A DNA stretch of 64,000 nucleotides from Chloroflexota bacterium (GTDB taxonomy: Bacteria; Chloroflexota; UBA11872; VXOZ01): assembly GCA_965221905.1 (NCBI GenBank), contig OZ244922.1, forward strand, positions 2,848,001 through 2,912,000. The letters are read 5' to 3'. Positions within the stretch are counted from its first letter, which is position 1; each line of letters begins with the position of its first letter. The position numbers were made by a program, and so were the translations under genes. Shown in pieces: positions 27,609 to 37,615 of the stretch. The notes under the pieces are model-generated. The model did not search any database and was not told where the DNA came from. It saw only the letters and a list, made by a program, of their open reading frames with translations.

Positions 27609-30059
27609 TTAGCTTCGTAGCTTGGAGTTGCCGGGGTCGTACAACGGTTCGTCCGTTACCGTGGCTTCGTACCGCCTGCCGAAGTACTCGATTTCCACTG
27701 TCGTGCCGGTCATTGCATACTCGAGCGGCAAGTACCCGTACGCGATGCTCCGGCCTACGGTGTACCCAACGTTTGCGCTGGTCACATAACCGAGCACGCG
27801 CTCACCGTCGAGGATGGGCTCTTTTCCCAGCACAACCTGGTTAGGATCGGACATGGTGAGGCAACAGAGTCGCCGCTCAATGCCCGCTTCTCTGATGCGC
27901 ATGAGCGCCTCACGGCCGAGAAAGTTGCCCTTGTTGAGCTTGACCGCCCATCCTAAACCTGCTTCGTAGGGATTGTATTCGGTATGGATATCAGTGCCCC
28001 AAAGACGGTATCCCTTCTCCAAGCGCAGCGATTCGAACGCCCCGCCGCCGGCCGCGACAATGCCAATGGCTTGTCCCGCTTCCCATAGGGCATCCCACAC
28101 GTTCAGACCGTATTCGGTAGGGACGTAGATTTCCCAGCCCAATTCGCCGACGTACGAGACGCGCAGTGCACGCGCAGGCGCCGCGCCTATGGTGACTTGC
28201 TTGCTTGCAAAGTAGGGAAATGCTCGGTTGGATACGTCCTCATGGCAAACACGCTGCAGCACTTCCCGCGCCTTCGGCCCCCACAAGCCGATACCGCAAT
28301 ACTCAGAAGTGACGTCGCTGATCGCTACTGAACCATCATCGGGCGCGTGGCTGCGCATCCACGCCAAATCGCGCGTACCGCTGGCGCCGCCGGTAAGCAC
28401 AAGAAAGCGGTCCCGCGCCAGACGTGTAAGTGTTAGGTCGCACTGAATGCCGGCGTTCTGATTCAACATCGCCGTATACACAACCTTGCCCACCGGACGA
28501 TCAAGCTGGTTCGCGGTTATTGACTGGAGAAACTCCAACGCACTGGGGCCACTAACCTCTATCTTGGTGAAAGCAGTCAGGTCGTACATGGCCGCGCGCT
28601 CGCGGGTAGCGCGGTGTTCGCCGGCCTGAATTGGGCTCCACTGCTGCGCCTCCCAGCCGGAGCGGACCGGCACGGCGCATTCTGTAATGAGGTCTTCGTT
28701 GACCCCGAACCACTGGGGGCGTTCCCAACCCGCGCTCTCGAAGAAGACTGCTCCAAGGGCCTCCAAACGCGGCTGGAACGGACTGCACCGCACGTTGCGG
28801 GGGTTCTCTAACTGCTGCTGTGGATGAATGATATCGTAGACCTCGCGGTATTGCTGCGCCCCGCGCGCCTTCACGTACGCCGGGGAGTGCGCGTGCGCCG
28901 GGAACCGATTGTAGTCGGCCTCCCGCAGGTCTAGGCTCGTTACGCCGTTAGTCATCCACTCAGCTACTACATTGCCCACACCACCCCCATGGGTGATCCA
29001 CACGGCCTCTGCGACCCATAGTCCGTTCACCTGCGGAGACTCACCCAAGATGGGCAGACCGTCCGGCGTGAAGGAAAACATGCCGTTGAAAGCGTCGGTC
29101 AGATCGAGGTCACGCAGGGCGGGGAAGAGCTCTCCTGCCGCGCGTCGCGCAACCGTAAAGTGCTCCGGCGTGAAGTCCATCATGGCCGGTGAACGCTTCG
29201 CCTGCGCATGGCTGAGAATGTCTTCGGCGTCCACGACCAGCGGTTCATGCTTGTACGACCCGATGCCGTAGCAGTCGGCCTCCTGGCGAAAGTACATGGC
29301 GTAGTCCTGGTGCCGCACAATGGGATGGGCCACCTCACGGCTTTCGCCCTGCAGCGCGGGCACTGGCGCGGTGCGCGCGTATTGGTGTTGCACGGGCATC
29401 AGCGGGATGGAAACACCCGCCATACGTCCCACGCGCGGCCCCCAGATACCGGCGCAGATAAGCACCGTTTCGGCGGTTATGCGGCCTACCGTTGTTTCCA
29501 CCCCCTGCACCCGCCCCGCCTTGACTATGATGTCAGTGACCGTCGTGTTCCCGTAGAACGACGCACCGTAGCCCTCGGCATAGCGGGACATTGCCTCCGC
29601 GGCGCGCACCGGCTTTGCGATGCCGTCGCTGGGCACGTGATAAGCGCCGTGAATTACGCCGGGGTTGAGCAGCGGCACGAGATCGTGCGCCTCTTGGGGA
29701 GAAATCAAGCGAGCTTCCAGCCCATACGACTTGGCAAAACCCAGCTTGCGGTGCAGGTCCTGCCAGCGCCCCGCCGTATAAGCCACCTCCAGACTGCCCA
29801 CGCCATACCAGCATGGCTGACCGTCCAATTCAAGCCCGCTATAGAGCTTCACCGTATCCTTAGCCAACGTGGTCATCAGCTTGGAGGCGTTAGTCTGGAA
29901 CACCAAGCCGGGCGCGTGGGAGCTGGAACCGCCGGTGTCGAAGAGCGGCCCCTGGTCTACCACCACAATATCCCGCCAGCCGCGTCTAGTGAGGTGATAA
30001 GCAACACTGCACCCCACTATACCCGCGCCAATGATGACGAGACGCGCATGCGACTGCAC
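27609..30059 (-). CDS. Dimethylglycine oxidase/dehydrogenase-like (FAD oxidoreductase + GcvT folate domain)
   Basis: GAGIVG, GGSSSHAPGLVFQTN (covalent-FAD His as in Arthrobacter DMGO), QHQY, RHQD, GWERP, SYVGELGWEIY, LRLEKGYRLWG. Confidence 0.9.
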   Translation of the reverse strand: MQSHARLVIIGAGIVGCSVAYHLTRRGWRDIVVVDQGPLFDTGGSSSHAPGLVFQTNASKLMTTLAKDTVKLYSGLELDGQPCWYGVGSLEVAYTAGRWQDLHRKLGFAKSYGLEARLISPQEAHDLVPLLNPGVIHGAYHVPSDGIAKPVRAAEAMSRYAEGYGASFYGNTTVTDIIVKAGRVQGVETTVGRITAETVLICAGIWGPRVGRMAGVSIPLMPVQHQYARTAPVPALQGESREVAHPIVRHQDYAMYFRQEADCYGIGSYKHEPLVVDAEDILSHAQAKRSPAMMDFTPEHFTVARRAAGELFPALRDLDLTDAFNGMFSFTPDGLPILGESPQVNGLWVAEAVWITHGGGVGNVVAEWMTNGVTSLDLREADYNRFPAHAHSPAYVKARGAQQYREVYDIIHPQQQLENPRNVRCSPFQPRLEALGAVFFESAGWERPQWFGVNEDLITECAVPVRSGWEAQQWSPIQAGEHRATRERAAMYDLTAFTKIEVSGPSALEFLQSITANQLDRPVGKVVYTAMLNQNAGIQCDLTLTRLARDRFLVLTGGASGTRDLAWMRSHAPDDGSVAISDVTSEYCGIGLWGPKAREVLQRVCHEDVSNRAFPYFASKQVTIGAAPARALRVSYVGELGWEIYVPTEYGLNVWDALWEAGQAIGIVAAGGGAFESLRLEKGYRLWGTDIHTEYNPYEAGLGWAVKLNKGNFLGREALMRIREAGIERRLCCLTMSDPNQVVLGKEPILDGERVLGYVTSANVGYTVGRSIAYGYLPLEYAMTGTTVEIEYFGRRYEATVTDEPLYDPGNSKLRS

Positions 30060-30112
30060 GGAACATTCTCCTCTGTTAGCTCTGAGTTACCGGATCGAAC
30101 AGAATCTCAAGC

Positions 30113-30269
30113 AGGTATGTCTTCCGGTCGCTACATGAACGCCAAGAGGTCAACAGGCGGCTGCCCGGGCCACCCCACGCAAGAACGCTCCCGTAAGCAC
30201 CGGTGTGCAGCCGCGCGGTAGAGGAATTCCCCTCTCCCCGGGGAGATGGAACCGGAGAGGCAAGTACCT
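30113..30269. ncRNA. Candidate structured RNA, family unassigned, in the leader of the DMG oxidase-like gene
   Basis: Nested complementary segments AGGTA/TACCT, TCCGGT/ACCGGA, GCGGCTGC/GCAGCCGC, CCGG/CCGG plus the side hairpin TCTCCCCGGGGAGA. Confidence 0.35.
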
Positions 30270-30395
30270 AAACACCTCAATGCGGCCAGTGCGCTCTTGC
30301 CAGTGCAAGAGCGATCCTCGTAAGCCAGCCGTAGCGCAGGGGCTTGTCCCCCACCTCTTGGCGCCTGGAGTTAACCCCGCTCTCGGGGCGGGCGC

Positions 30396-31370
30396 TTAGC
30401 TCTCCTGTCGCCGTTCCCAGTTGAACTCCGTTTCGCTCATGGGCTTATCGGGGTCCGGTTGCCAAATCTGCTCTTCTTGATGCTTGCCCAGCACTTTCGC
30501 CATCTCACGCAGGTGGATGGCAACCGCCCCACAGCAGGCTCCGATGAAGTTCACGCCCATGGCTTTCGACTTCAGCGCGTAGTCCGCCATCTCGTAGCGA
30601 GTCATTTGTGTTGGCCCCAGCTTGTCCGGAAATGCCGAGGTACCCGTAAACCAGGGAACCTCGTCGCTGGTGCGGTGCGCAACCGGCTGCGCGGCGATGT
30701 AAGCGTCAGTGGCGTCGCGCATCTCTTGGAGTATAGGATACGTGTGCACGGGATCCCGCATGCAGTTCACACCGACTATCTCCGCGCCTGCATCTGCCAG
30801 CATACGCGCGCAATCGGCCGCGGAATAGCCGTCGTCCGTTTCCGTCGTGGCGCGGTACGACATGGTGATCATGGCCGGCAGATTTGTCTTGGCCTTGATG
30901 CGTTCCAAACAGAGCAGCGCTTCACCCAAGTGCCAGAAGGTCTCACCAATGAAGAAATCCACGCCTTCCTGCGCCTCGATCTGCTCGTCAAATATGCCGG
31001 CAATCTCGGCATTGCTCGACTCGCTGTCCGCCTCCCATTTCCACGTCGCGCTCAGGTCACCGGCCACGAGCGCATCATCACCGGCAACGTCCTTCGCAAT
31101 CTGGGTCGTCTTCTGATTTATCTCAAAGGTCTGGTCGGCCTTGCCAACGGTTTCGAGCTTGCTGCGGCTGCCGTAAAACGCCATGACTTGCAGGACTTCC
31201 GAACCTGCGCGCAGAAACTCGCGGTGCAATTCCCGAATGGCATCAGGGTTTTCAAGCGCCAGTTCCGGCGTAAAAGCGCCTGCGATGACATACCCGCGCT
31301 TTTCCAGTTCGACAATATAGCCGCCGTCGCCAAGGACGACATCATCTGCCAACATCTCCAAAATGCCCAT
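30396..31370 (-). CDS. Homocysteine S-methyltransferase, betaine-homocysteine methyltransferase (BHMT)-like
   Basis: DGGYIVELEKRGYVIAGAFTPE (BHMT-type N-terminus); Zn ligands GVNC and GACCG. Confidence 0.88.
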   Translation of the reverse strand: MGILEMLADDVVLGDGGYIVELEKRGYVIAGAFTPELALENPDAIRELHREFLRAGSEVLQVMAFYGSRSKLETVGKADQTFEINQKTTQIAKDVAGDDALVAGDLSATWKWEADSESSNAEIAGIFDEQIEAQEGVDFFIGETFWHLGEALLCLERIKAKTNLPAMITMSYRATTETDDGYSAADCARMLADAGAEIVGVNCMRDPVHTYPILQEMRDATDAYIAAQPVAHRTSDEVPWFTGTSAFPDKLGPTQMTRYEMADYALKSKAMGVNFIGACCGAVAIHLREMAKVLGKHQEEQIWQPDPDKPMSETEFNWERRQES

Positions 31371-31523
31371 ATCTAAAGCTGCTCCCTTCGAGGCATGCCC
31401 TTCAATACACGTTCAATGAATTCAACTTGGGCTGAAAAAAGGTTCGTTGCATCTTCGCTGCAGGCTGCAAATCCTTTACTAATGATCCAGTGCCCTTCAC
31501 CGGCTTTGAATGAGAGTAAACTG

Positions 31524-32798
31524 CTACGTCACTCGCGCCCCGGCGAGAAGCTCATTGGGCACTGCCGACATCACCTTCTGCAGCCCGGAAGCGACTTCGT
31601 GTGCATCCTCTTCCGTCCAGTCCATGCTCAAGTGATATTCGCATACGCGCGGCAGCAGTTCCTCAGCATTGGGGCAGAGCCCCGGGCCGTAGTCCGCCGT
31701 CCCGTCATAGAACCTTGCATCCCAGGGCGACGGGCCGTCATGCCACATGCGCTTCTTCAATATGGAATCATGCATGTACACTGGCTGGCCGTTGTACGGA
31801 TGCTTGATCGGCACGCCCTCCGCTGCCAGCGCCTGTCTTGCCCACGCACAGAGTTCTGCCGTTTCGAAGATAAACCCCGGACTGACACCGGCATCGCCCG
31901 CGGGATCTGCCATGGGTCGCACGCGTACGCCGGGCATGCCGCGCACGCTATCTTTGATTATGCCGCCCAGGTGGCGCACGTGCGCGCGCAGCCGCTCGAG
32001 CTTCTTCACCTGCTCCAAGAGAACCGCAGCCGTGAGCTCACTCATGCGGTAGTTTTCGCCAAAGAACGGCGGGAAACCCGCCCCGTCGCTCTTGCGCCCC
32101 GTGCCTTGATCCTGGCAGGCGACGGCGCGCCGGTGGAGCGGGCGGTGATTCGTCACAACCATACCCCCTTCGCCGGCGGAGATCACCTTGTTCATCTGGA
32201 AGCTGAAGATGTTTATGACGCCATATCCCCCGACGTACCTTCCATGGTACTTCGCACCGAACGATTGGGCGCAGTCCTCCAGGATTGGCACCCCATTGCG
32301 CTCTCCGACAGCAAGCAGCGGATGCAAGTCAGCGGCCACACCGCGCCAGTGCACGACCATGACGGCCCGCGTGCGCTCTGTGATCACGCGTTCCACCGCG
32401 TCTGCGTCAATACTCACCGTTTCGTCTAAGTCGGCAAAGATCGGCACCGCCTGGCACGCGACCACGGCGTTGACGCAGCCGTAAAACGTCGCAGCCGGCA
32501 CAATCACCTCATCGCCGGGGCCTACTCCCAGCGCGCGGAGCGCGACGATAAGCGCCGCCGTGCCCGATGTTACGCCCACGGCATGCTCCACGCCAACGAG
32601 TGAAGCAACCGTCTGTTCAAGCTCGTTCACAGTGTACGCTGGATCGGGACCGTAGTAGCGAAACGGCGAACGGCGCTCCAAGACATCGCAAACCGCTCGT
32701 TTCTCTTCTTCACCGATGATGGTTGCGCCCGGATAAGCGCCCGGCAGCGGCGCGGAGCGTACCGGCGTGCCGCCGTCAATCACTAGTTGTTCGCTCAT
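31524..32798 (-). CDS. DegT/DnrJ/EryC1/StrS family aminotransferase
   Basis: TSGTAAL, GPGDEVIVP, EDCAQS, SFQMNKVISAGEGG, GENYRMSE. Confidence 0.92.
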   Translation of the reverse strand: MSEQLVIDGGTPVRSAPLPGAYPGATIIGEEEKRAVCDVLERRSPFRYYGPDPAYTVNELEQTVASLVGVEHAVGVTSGTAALIVALRALGVGPGDEVIVPAATFYGCVNAVVACQAVPIFADLDETVSIDADAVERVITERTRAVMVVHWRGVAADLHPLLAVGERNGVPILEDCAQSFGAKYHGRYVGGYGVINIFSFQMNKVISAGEGGMVVTNHRPLHRRAVACQDQGTGRKSDGAGFPPFFGENYRMSELTAAVLLEQVKKLERLRAHVRHLGGIIKDSVRGMPGVRVRPMADPAGDAGVSPGFIFETAELCAWARQALAAEGVPIKHPYNGQPVYMHDSILKKRMWHDGPSPWDARFYDGTADYGPGLCPNAEELLPRVCEYHLSMDWTEEDAHEVASGLQKVMSAVPNELLAGARVT

Positions 32799-32813
32799 GG
32801 CCCTCTCTCTTTC

Positions 32814-34316
32814 TTACGAGTTCGCCACCCAAATCGGGCTCGACCACGCGACCTGCCCATTTTCTTGGGTTACGCGTAGGTAGTAGTAGTCTTCGGCCTT
32901 GTCTGTACCGGGAGAGTCGGTGACTTCAAAAGAGGCGCGGGCCAATTCGTCCGGCACGAGACGATGAATCAGGAAAGAATCGGAGGGAAAGCCGGTGGTC
33001 AAGTCGGTCACGGCGTTCTGCGCAACTTCCTTCAACGTGTACGTTTCAGTTCGTTGCATGGGCTTGGTGAACGCGAGCGTTACCGTCGCCGTCGGCGGGC
33101 CTTCTACGTCCAAGACAACGGCATTCTGCGGGCTATCGTTCAAACAGTCGGCGCGGGAAGTATAAGTCTGCCAGCGACAGCGCGTGGCCGTGGATTCAAG
33201 AATGCGGCTGCGGTTTTCTTCATGGAATGGCCCGGACTGGAAGCAAGGCATGGCTTGATGAATGCGAGCGCCGTCTACCGTTGCGGTGAGGTCCCACTCG
33301 GCTGTGCGGGGCTTGCCGAAAGCAGACCACGGGCCCCAACCTACCTCAATACGGCAACGGTGCCGCTTCGACCACGGATAACCCTCTCGCGGTTCCGCGT
33401 CAGCCGGGAAGTTGCGATGAATGACGCGGCTATTCTTGATAATCTCGACTTTCTCGATCTCGTCCCAGCCGCGCACATTCACGGAAATTTGGCGTTCGGC
33501 AGAGGCGGGAAGACGCGCGCCCATCGGCTGACCGTTAATGCGAAAATCCAATTCGATTTTGTCGCCCGTAGCCGCGTAGCACCGACGACTCCAGAGTGCT
33601 TCCCAAATCGCCTCGCGCGTGAACTCCGGCACTAAGACTGCCACCATGCCCTCGCCATACGCGCCCGGGTGCGCGTGGTGATCGTCGGAAGAACCCGTCA
33701 CCCCAATGTGATGGCCCAAGGAGAGCGCGTGCTGGAGCGTATTGATGGTAACGCGCGGTCCTAGCCCGTGCCGCGTGTATGCAAATGGGCCGCGATCGCG
33801 TTCCGCGCCGCCGTGCTCGGAGATAATTTCCACTATAGGCGACACTGTTTCGTCTAGGTAGTCCCAGTTAGCGCCGCGGAAACCGCGCATGTAGCCGGGA
33901 TGATGCGGCACCAGCAGCGAGCCGCTGCGTCGCGCGTGTTCCTGAATCTCCCGCACGTGGTTGGCGAACTGCAGCGGGCCGTCTTCCTTATAGATTACGC
34001 AGTGGTCGCCAAACGCGGCGGAGTGCCACTCGTAGCCGAGAAATGATTCGAATTGACCTGGATCAGTAGCGTCCTTCATCAACTGCTTGGTCTTCGGCCA
34101 AATCTCCGCATGGCGGTCGAAGCCCTCTTGCCACTGCTCATGCACATTATTGGGCATATCCGGTATGTCGTGCCACTGCGCGTGGCCGGTAAACGCAAAG
34201 AAGTCCAGGTGACTCTGCGCCATGTCGATCGCCCGTTCCAGCGTGCCCTTGGTGTAGTGGAATAGGCCCACGGTGTTGTGGTTGTGAATGTCGCCCCAAA
34301 GGATTTTATAATCCAT
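32814..34316 (-). CDS. DUF3604 / PHP-like metallohydrolase
   Basis: WGDIHNH, GYEW, PHH, SEHG, SSDDHHAHPG, RRCYAATG, YYLRVTQ..G..AWSSPIW. Confidence 0.8.
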   Translation of the reverse strand: MDYKILWGDIHNHNTVGLFHYTKGTLERAIDMAQSHLDFFAFTGHAQWHDIPDMPNNVHEQWQEGFDRHAEIWPKTKQLMKDATDPGQFESFLGYEWHSAAFGDHCVIYKEDGPLQFANHVREIQEHARRSGSLLVPHHPGYMRGFRGANWDYLDETVSPIVEIISEHGGAERDRGPFAYTRHGLGPRVTINTLQHALSLGHHIGVTGSSDDHHAHPGAYGEGMVAVLVPEFTREAIWEALWSRRCYAATGDKIELDFRINGQPMGARLPASAERQISVNVRGWDEIEKVEIIKNSRVIHRNFPADAEPREGYPWSKRHRCRIEVGWGPWSAFGKPRTAEWDLTATVDGARIHQAMPCFQSGPFHEENRSRILESTATRCRWQTYTSRADCLNDSPQNAVVLDVEGPPTATVTLAFTKPMQRTETYTLKEVAQNAVTDLTTGFPSDSFLIHRLVPDELARASFEVTDSPGTDKAEDYYYLRVTQENGQVAWSSPIWVANS

Positions 34317-34327
34317 AGCTGCGCTCG

Positions 34328-34825
34328 CTAACCTTCCTCTTTGACTCTCTTCATGTAGAGAACACTGCGGTACAGTGGTTTGAAGCCTTGCCGCTCGTAC
34401 ATGCGACGGGCGGGCTCATAGAGGTCATCCAGCCCGGTCGACACCTGGGCGAATTCCATGCCCGCTGCCTCGATGAGTTCAAGCACACGCGCGTGCAGCA
34501 GACCACCGATGCCGCGGCCCCGATACTCCAGCAGCACAGCGTTGTTGCCCACGGTCCCAATACTCGTCACTTCATTCAAGTGAAAGGTGGCAAAGCCCAC
34601 CGGCCTGCCATCTACCTCGGCAATGACCACTAGACTTATGTCTATCTGGCGCATGTCATCGGCTTTCCACTCGTCCCACGTACGACCGCCAATGACTCCG
34701 TACCGTTGCTCGCGCCAGCGATGGACGGTGACGTCCTCAAATCCGCGTATGATGAGTTCAATCAGAGTCTCGCGGTCCGCTTCTACCGCGCGCCGGATCT
34801 GTACCTCAGTTGCCTTCGTCGTCAT
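34328..34825 (-). CDS. GNAT family N-acetyltransferase
   Basis: AVLLEYRGRGIG, ARRMYERQGF. Confidence 0.9.
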   Translation of the reverse strand: MTTKATEVQIRRAVEADRETLIELIIRGFEDVTVHRWREQRYGVIGGRTWDEWKADDMRQIDISLVVIAEVDGRPVGFATFHLNEVTSIGTVGNNAVLLEYRGRGIGGLLHARVLELIEAAGMEFAQVSTGLDDLYEPARRMYERQGFKPLYRSVLYMKRVKEEG

Positions 34826-35307
34826 ACGGCACTCTGCGCAAGCTTTTTGAAGTAGTGAATGCTGTGGTTGAGCGGCTCGAATCCTTGCCGCTCGTACAAG
34901 CGGCGGGCGGACGCATACGGCTCTTCCAATCCGGTCGACACCTGGGCGAACTCCATGCCCGCTGCCTCGATGATTTCAAGTACTCGTGCGAGCATTTGCC
35001 CCCCAATGCCGCGACCGCGATACGCCGGAAGCACAGCATTGTCATCAACCGTCCCAATACGAGTCGCGTCGTTCAGTTCATAGCTCGAAAAGCCCACGGC
35101 CTCGTCATCAATTTCGGCGACAATGACCCTCTTTATGTCAATTGTCTGCCTGAGATCAGCTTCCCACTCGTCCCAAGTGCGTTCGAGAATATCACCAAAC
35201 TGCTGCGCGCGCACGTCCTCATACGCGAGTACGAAGAGCTCGATGAGGATCTCTCGATCGGCCTCGACTGCCTGGCGGATCTTCACTGCGGTGTGCTGTC
35301 TATTCAC
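34822..35307 (-). CDS. GNAT family N-acetyltransferase (tandem paralog)
   Basis: AVLPAYRGRGIG, ARRLYERQGF; 4-nt overlap with the next gene. Confidence 0.9.
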   Translation of the reverse strand: MNRQHTAVKIRQAVEADREILIELFVLAYEDVRAQQFGDILERTWDEWEADLRQTIDIKRVIVAEIDDEAVGFSSYELNDATRIGTVDDNAVLPAYRGRGIGGQMLARVLEIIEAAGMEFAQVSTGLEEPYASARRLYERQGFEPLNHSIHYFKKLAQSAV

Positions 35308-35547
35308 ATTGTTCCCTATCTTACCACGCGCCTAAGCCATGCGCCGCTGCAACTGTATGTCTAGAGAAGGCAGTCCTCTGACCTCTAAGTGTCTCGAACG
35401 CACTCCGTTCGCACTCGCTTGGACTGTCTTACGCTACAGCCAAGACTCTCCACATACAGCTCCCACATGTGACAAGCAATAGTAGATTCCCAGTTGGAGC
35501 ATGATGCGCGTACCGAGATTGTTGAATGGCCCCCGCACGCACCCGTT

Positions 35548-37563
35548 TTAGTGCTGCGGTAGCGAGACCCAGACCGGGCTCGACCAGGCGACGTGGCCGT
35601 CGGTCTGAGTGACGCGCAGGTAGAAATAGGATGTCTGCTGTTTCGGGAGTGTGATCGTCTCGGCAATGTCAGCGACGCGGTCCGTGGCGGACTGACTCAA
35701 GACGGCACTACCGTTGCAGACCAATTCCAGACGCGCAAGCGGGGCGGTGCCAAGGACGCGCGCCGTCACCGCAACGTCCGGCGCGGCTGTGGTGAACTCC
35801 TCACCCATGCCGTGGCCGTTGACCCGGAAGTCAAGCACCATGCGCGCGCCGGTGGTCGCGTAGCAGCGGCGTTCCCTCAGGGCTTGGATGATCGCTTCGC
35901 GGGTAAGTTCCGGCGCAATCACGGCGGTCAGGCCGCCGGTCATGTGGTCGTGGAAGTCAACGCCGGCCATAGAACAGGTGTTTCTGCCGGGCTGGGCGTG
36001 ATGGCTGTCGGTGCCGCCCACGAAGCCGATGCGGTGGCCGAGCGCCAGGGCATCCTGGGCCGAAGCGCCGCCACCGCCAATTACGGTAGCGCCGCCAGGT
36101 ACGTCGGTCTCGAATGCGCCCCGATTTTGCGCTATTTCCAATACCCTTTGATACTCCGAATTGTGTCGGCTCCAGTCCTGCACCTGCCAATTCTGCCAGC
36201 CACCCTCAGACGTTACGTTGATGTGATGCGGCACCACCACCGCGCCCGTGCCTTCCAGTGCCGGCCATATCTCTTCGATCTTGCTCGTCGTGATGCGCTT
36301 TCCCTCGTCGGGGTAGAGCACAACGCGGTGTCCGGCGGTGGGATCGCTCAGTTCGACAGCCACCAGCGGCACGAACTGTCCGGCTTCATGGAACTGCGCA
36401 ATGATTGCTTGATACTCATCCCAATCGTCCGCGCGCGGCACGGACCACAGAGATTCAATGTTCTGCGGGGGCGGAAACCAGGACACGCCCACGCAGTCGA
36501 GACCGGAGACATCGCGCGCATAGCGAAAAGCATCAGCAAACGTGCCGACACCGTGCGCCATGAAAGGCCCATGAGGGCCGTGGCTTGGATCAAGCGCCCG
36601 GGGCGCATGGGTGTGCAGGTCGCCAAAGAAGATGCGGTCGCTGCTTGCCTCCACAACGTCAATCGGGTTGCTAACGCCGGATAAGCCGGCTTCCCACGCC
36701 GCAGCCGTAACCGTGACCGGACCTACCGCATTCCTGGCAACGATGAATGGCCCAATCCGCGCCGTGCCGCCTTCACTCGCCGCGATGGCGAAAGGTGCAG
36801 GTCCGCTGATGCCGCCCGGCTTCGCACCGAGAGCGACTTCGCCTCTAAAGTCCGTGCAGACATTGCCAAACGCATCCTCCACCCGCACCAGCACGGAAAA
36901 ACCCTCACCGGCAGCCACCGTGGCAGGGGCAACCACGCCCAGGCGGGCGGGCGGCCCAGCTACCACATCCACAATCGGCAATTCCGGCAACAACCGATAG
37001 CCTTTCGGATCGCCGCCGGGATAGCGCGGATTGCTGTAGCTCGCATTGCCCTGCACGTCGACCAGCACTTGAAAATACATCTCATGCATCGCGACTTCCT
37101 GGGCACGCGCGCGTTCGTAGAGACCGGCTATGTACGAGCCGGCATCACCGATAGTTACAGAAATCTCTTCGCCCGGTTGCAGCGCGACGCCCTCTACGGT
37201 CACAAACACACAGGGGAATTGGGCATGGTGGTATTTGAGCGGGTAGTCGTTGCGCACCTGCACGGAGACGCCGCAGCTACCGCTCGTCGTGGCAATTACG
37301 TGGCCGAGCCGCCACCGCACGCTATGCACACAGGGCGGAACCACGGCAATACCGCCGCCGGGAACGATTCCGGCACTCCCCGCCGTATAGGTAAGCGTCC
37401 ACGTGCCAAATGCACCCGCAACGACCGGGCCCGCCGGATCAAGCGTGCAAGAGCCAAGTTCGGCTCGCATTGCTGCGTCTGTCGCCTCTGCAGTGACCTG
37501 CACGCCATGGGTAACACCCTGTTCTACCGGCGTTGGTGGTGCTGTTTTCTTGCTCTCGCTCAC
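35548..37563 (-). CDS. DUF3604 / PHP-like metallohydrolase with an N-terminal beta-rich extension
   Basis: FGDLHTH, PHH, GTDSHHAQPG, GLTAVIAPELTRE, RRCYATTG, YLRVTQ..G..AWSSPVW. Confidence 0.8.
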   Translation of the reverse strand: MSESKKTAPPTPVEQGVTHGVQVTAEATDAAMRAELGSCTLDPAGPVVAGAFGTWTLTYTAGSAGIVPGGGIAVVPPCVHSVRWRLGHVIATTSGSCGVSVQVRNDYPLKYHHAQFPCVFVTVEGVALQPGEEISVTIGDAGSYIAGLYERARAQEVAMHEMYFQVLVDVQGNASYSNPRYPGGDPKGYRLLPELPIVDVVAGPPARLGVVAPATVAAGEGFSVLVRVEDAFGNVCTDFRGEVALGAKPGGISGPAPFAIAASEGGTARIGPFIVARNAVGPVTVTAAAWEAGLSGVSNPIDVVEASSDRIFFGDLHTHAPRALDPSHGPHGPFMAHGVGTFADAFRYARDVSGLDCVGVSWFPPPQNIESLWSVPRADDWDEYQAIIAQFHEAGQFVPLVAVELSDPTAGHRVVLYPDEGKRITTSKIEEIWPALEGTGAVVVPHHINVTSEGGWQNWQVQDWSRHNSEYQRVLEIAQNRGAFETDVPGGATVIGGGGASAQDALALGHRIGFVGGTDSHHAQPGRNTCSMAGVDFHDHMTGGLTAVIAPELTREAIIQALRERRCYATTGARMVLDFRVNGHGMGEEFTTAAPDVAVTARVLGTAPLARLELVCNGSAVLSQSATDRVADIAETITLPKQQTSYFYLRVTQTDGHVAWSSPVWVSLPQH

Positions 37564-37615
37564 TAGTGCGCTCCTCTGTAAGGAATGTAGCGCGATGAAC
37601 TATCCGCTTTCCAAT

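Noticed and set aside
30113-30300. Glycine, cobalamin, SAM-I, ZTP or guanidine riboswitch
   Set aside because: Hallmark motifs not found in the right order (no GGAGA/CCGAAG/CTCAGG set, no B12 box, no ACTGGCG-CGCC pseudoknot pair); kept only as an unassigned candidate
29208-32429. Long plus-strand ORFs (337, 305 and 344 aa)
   Set aside because: Antisense shadows of well-supported minus-strand genes in GC-rich DNA, with no motifs
35593-36684. 363-aa plus-strand ORF
   Set aside because: Antisense shadow of the DUF3604 gene
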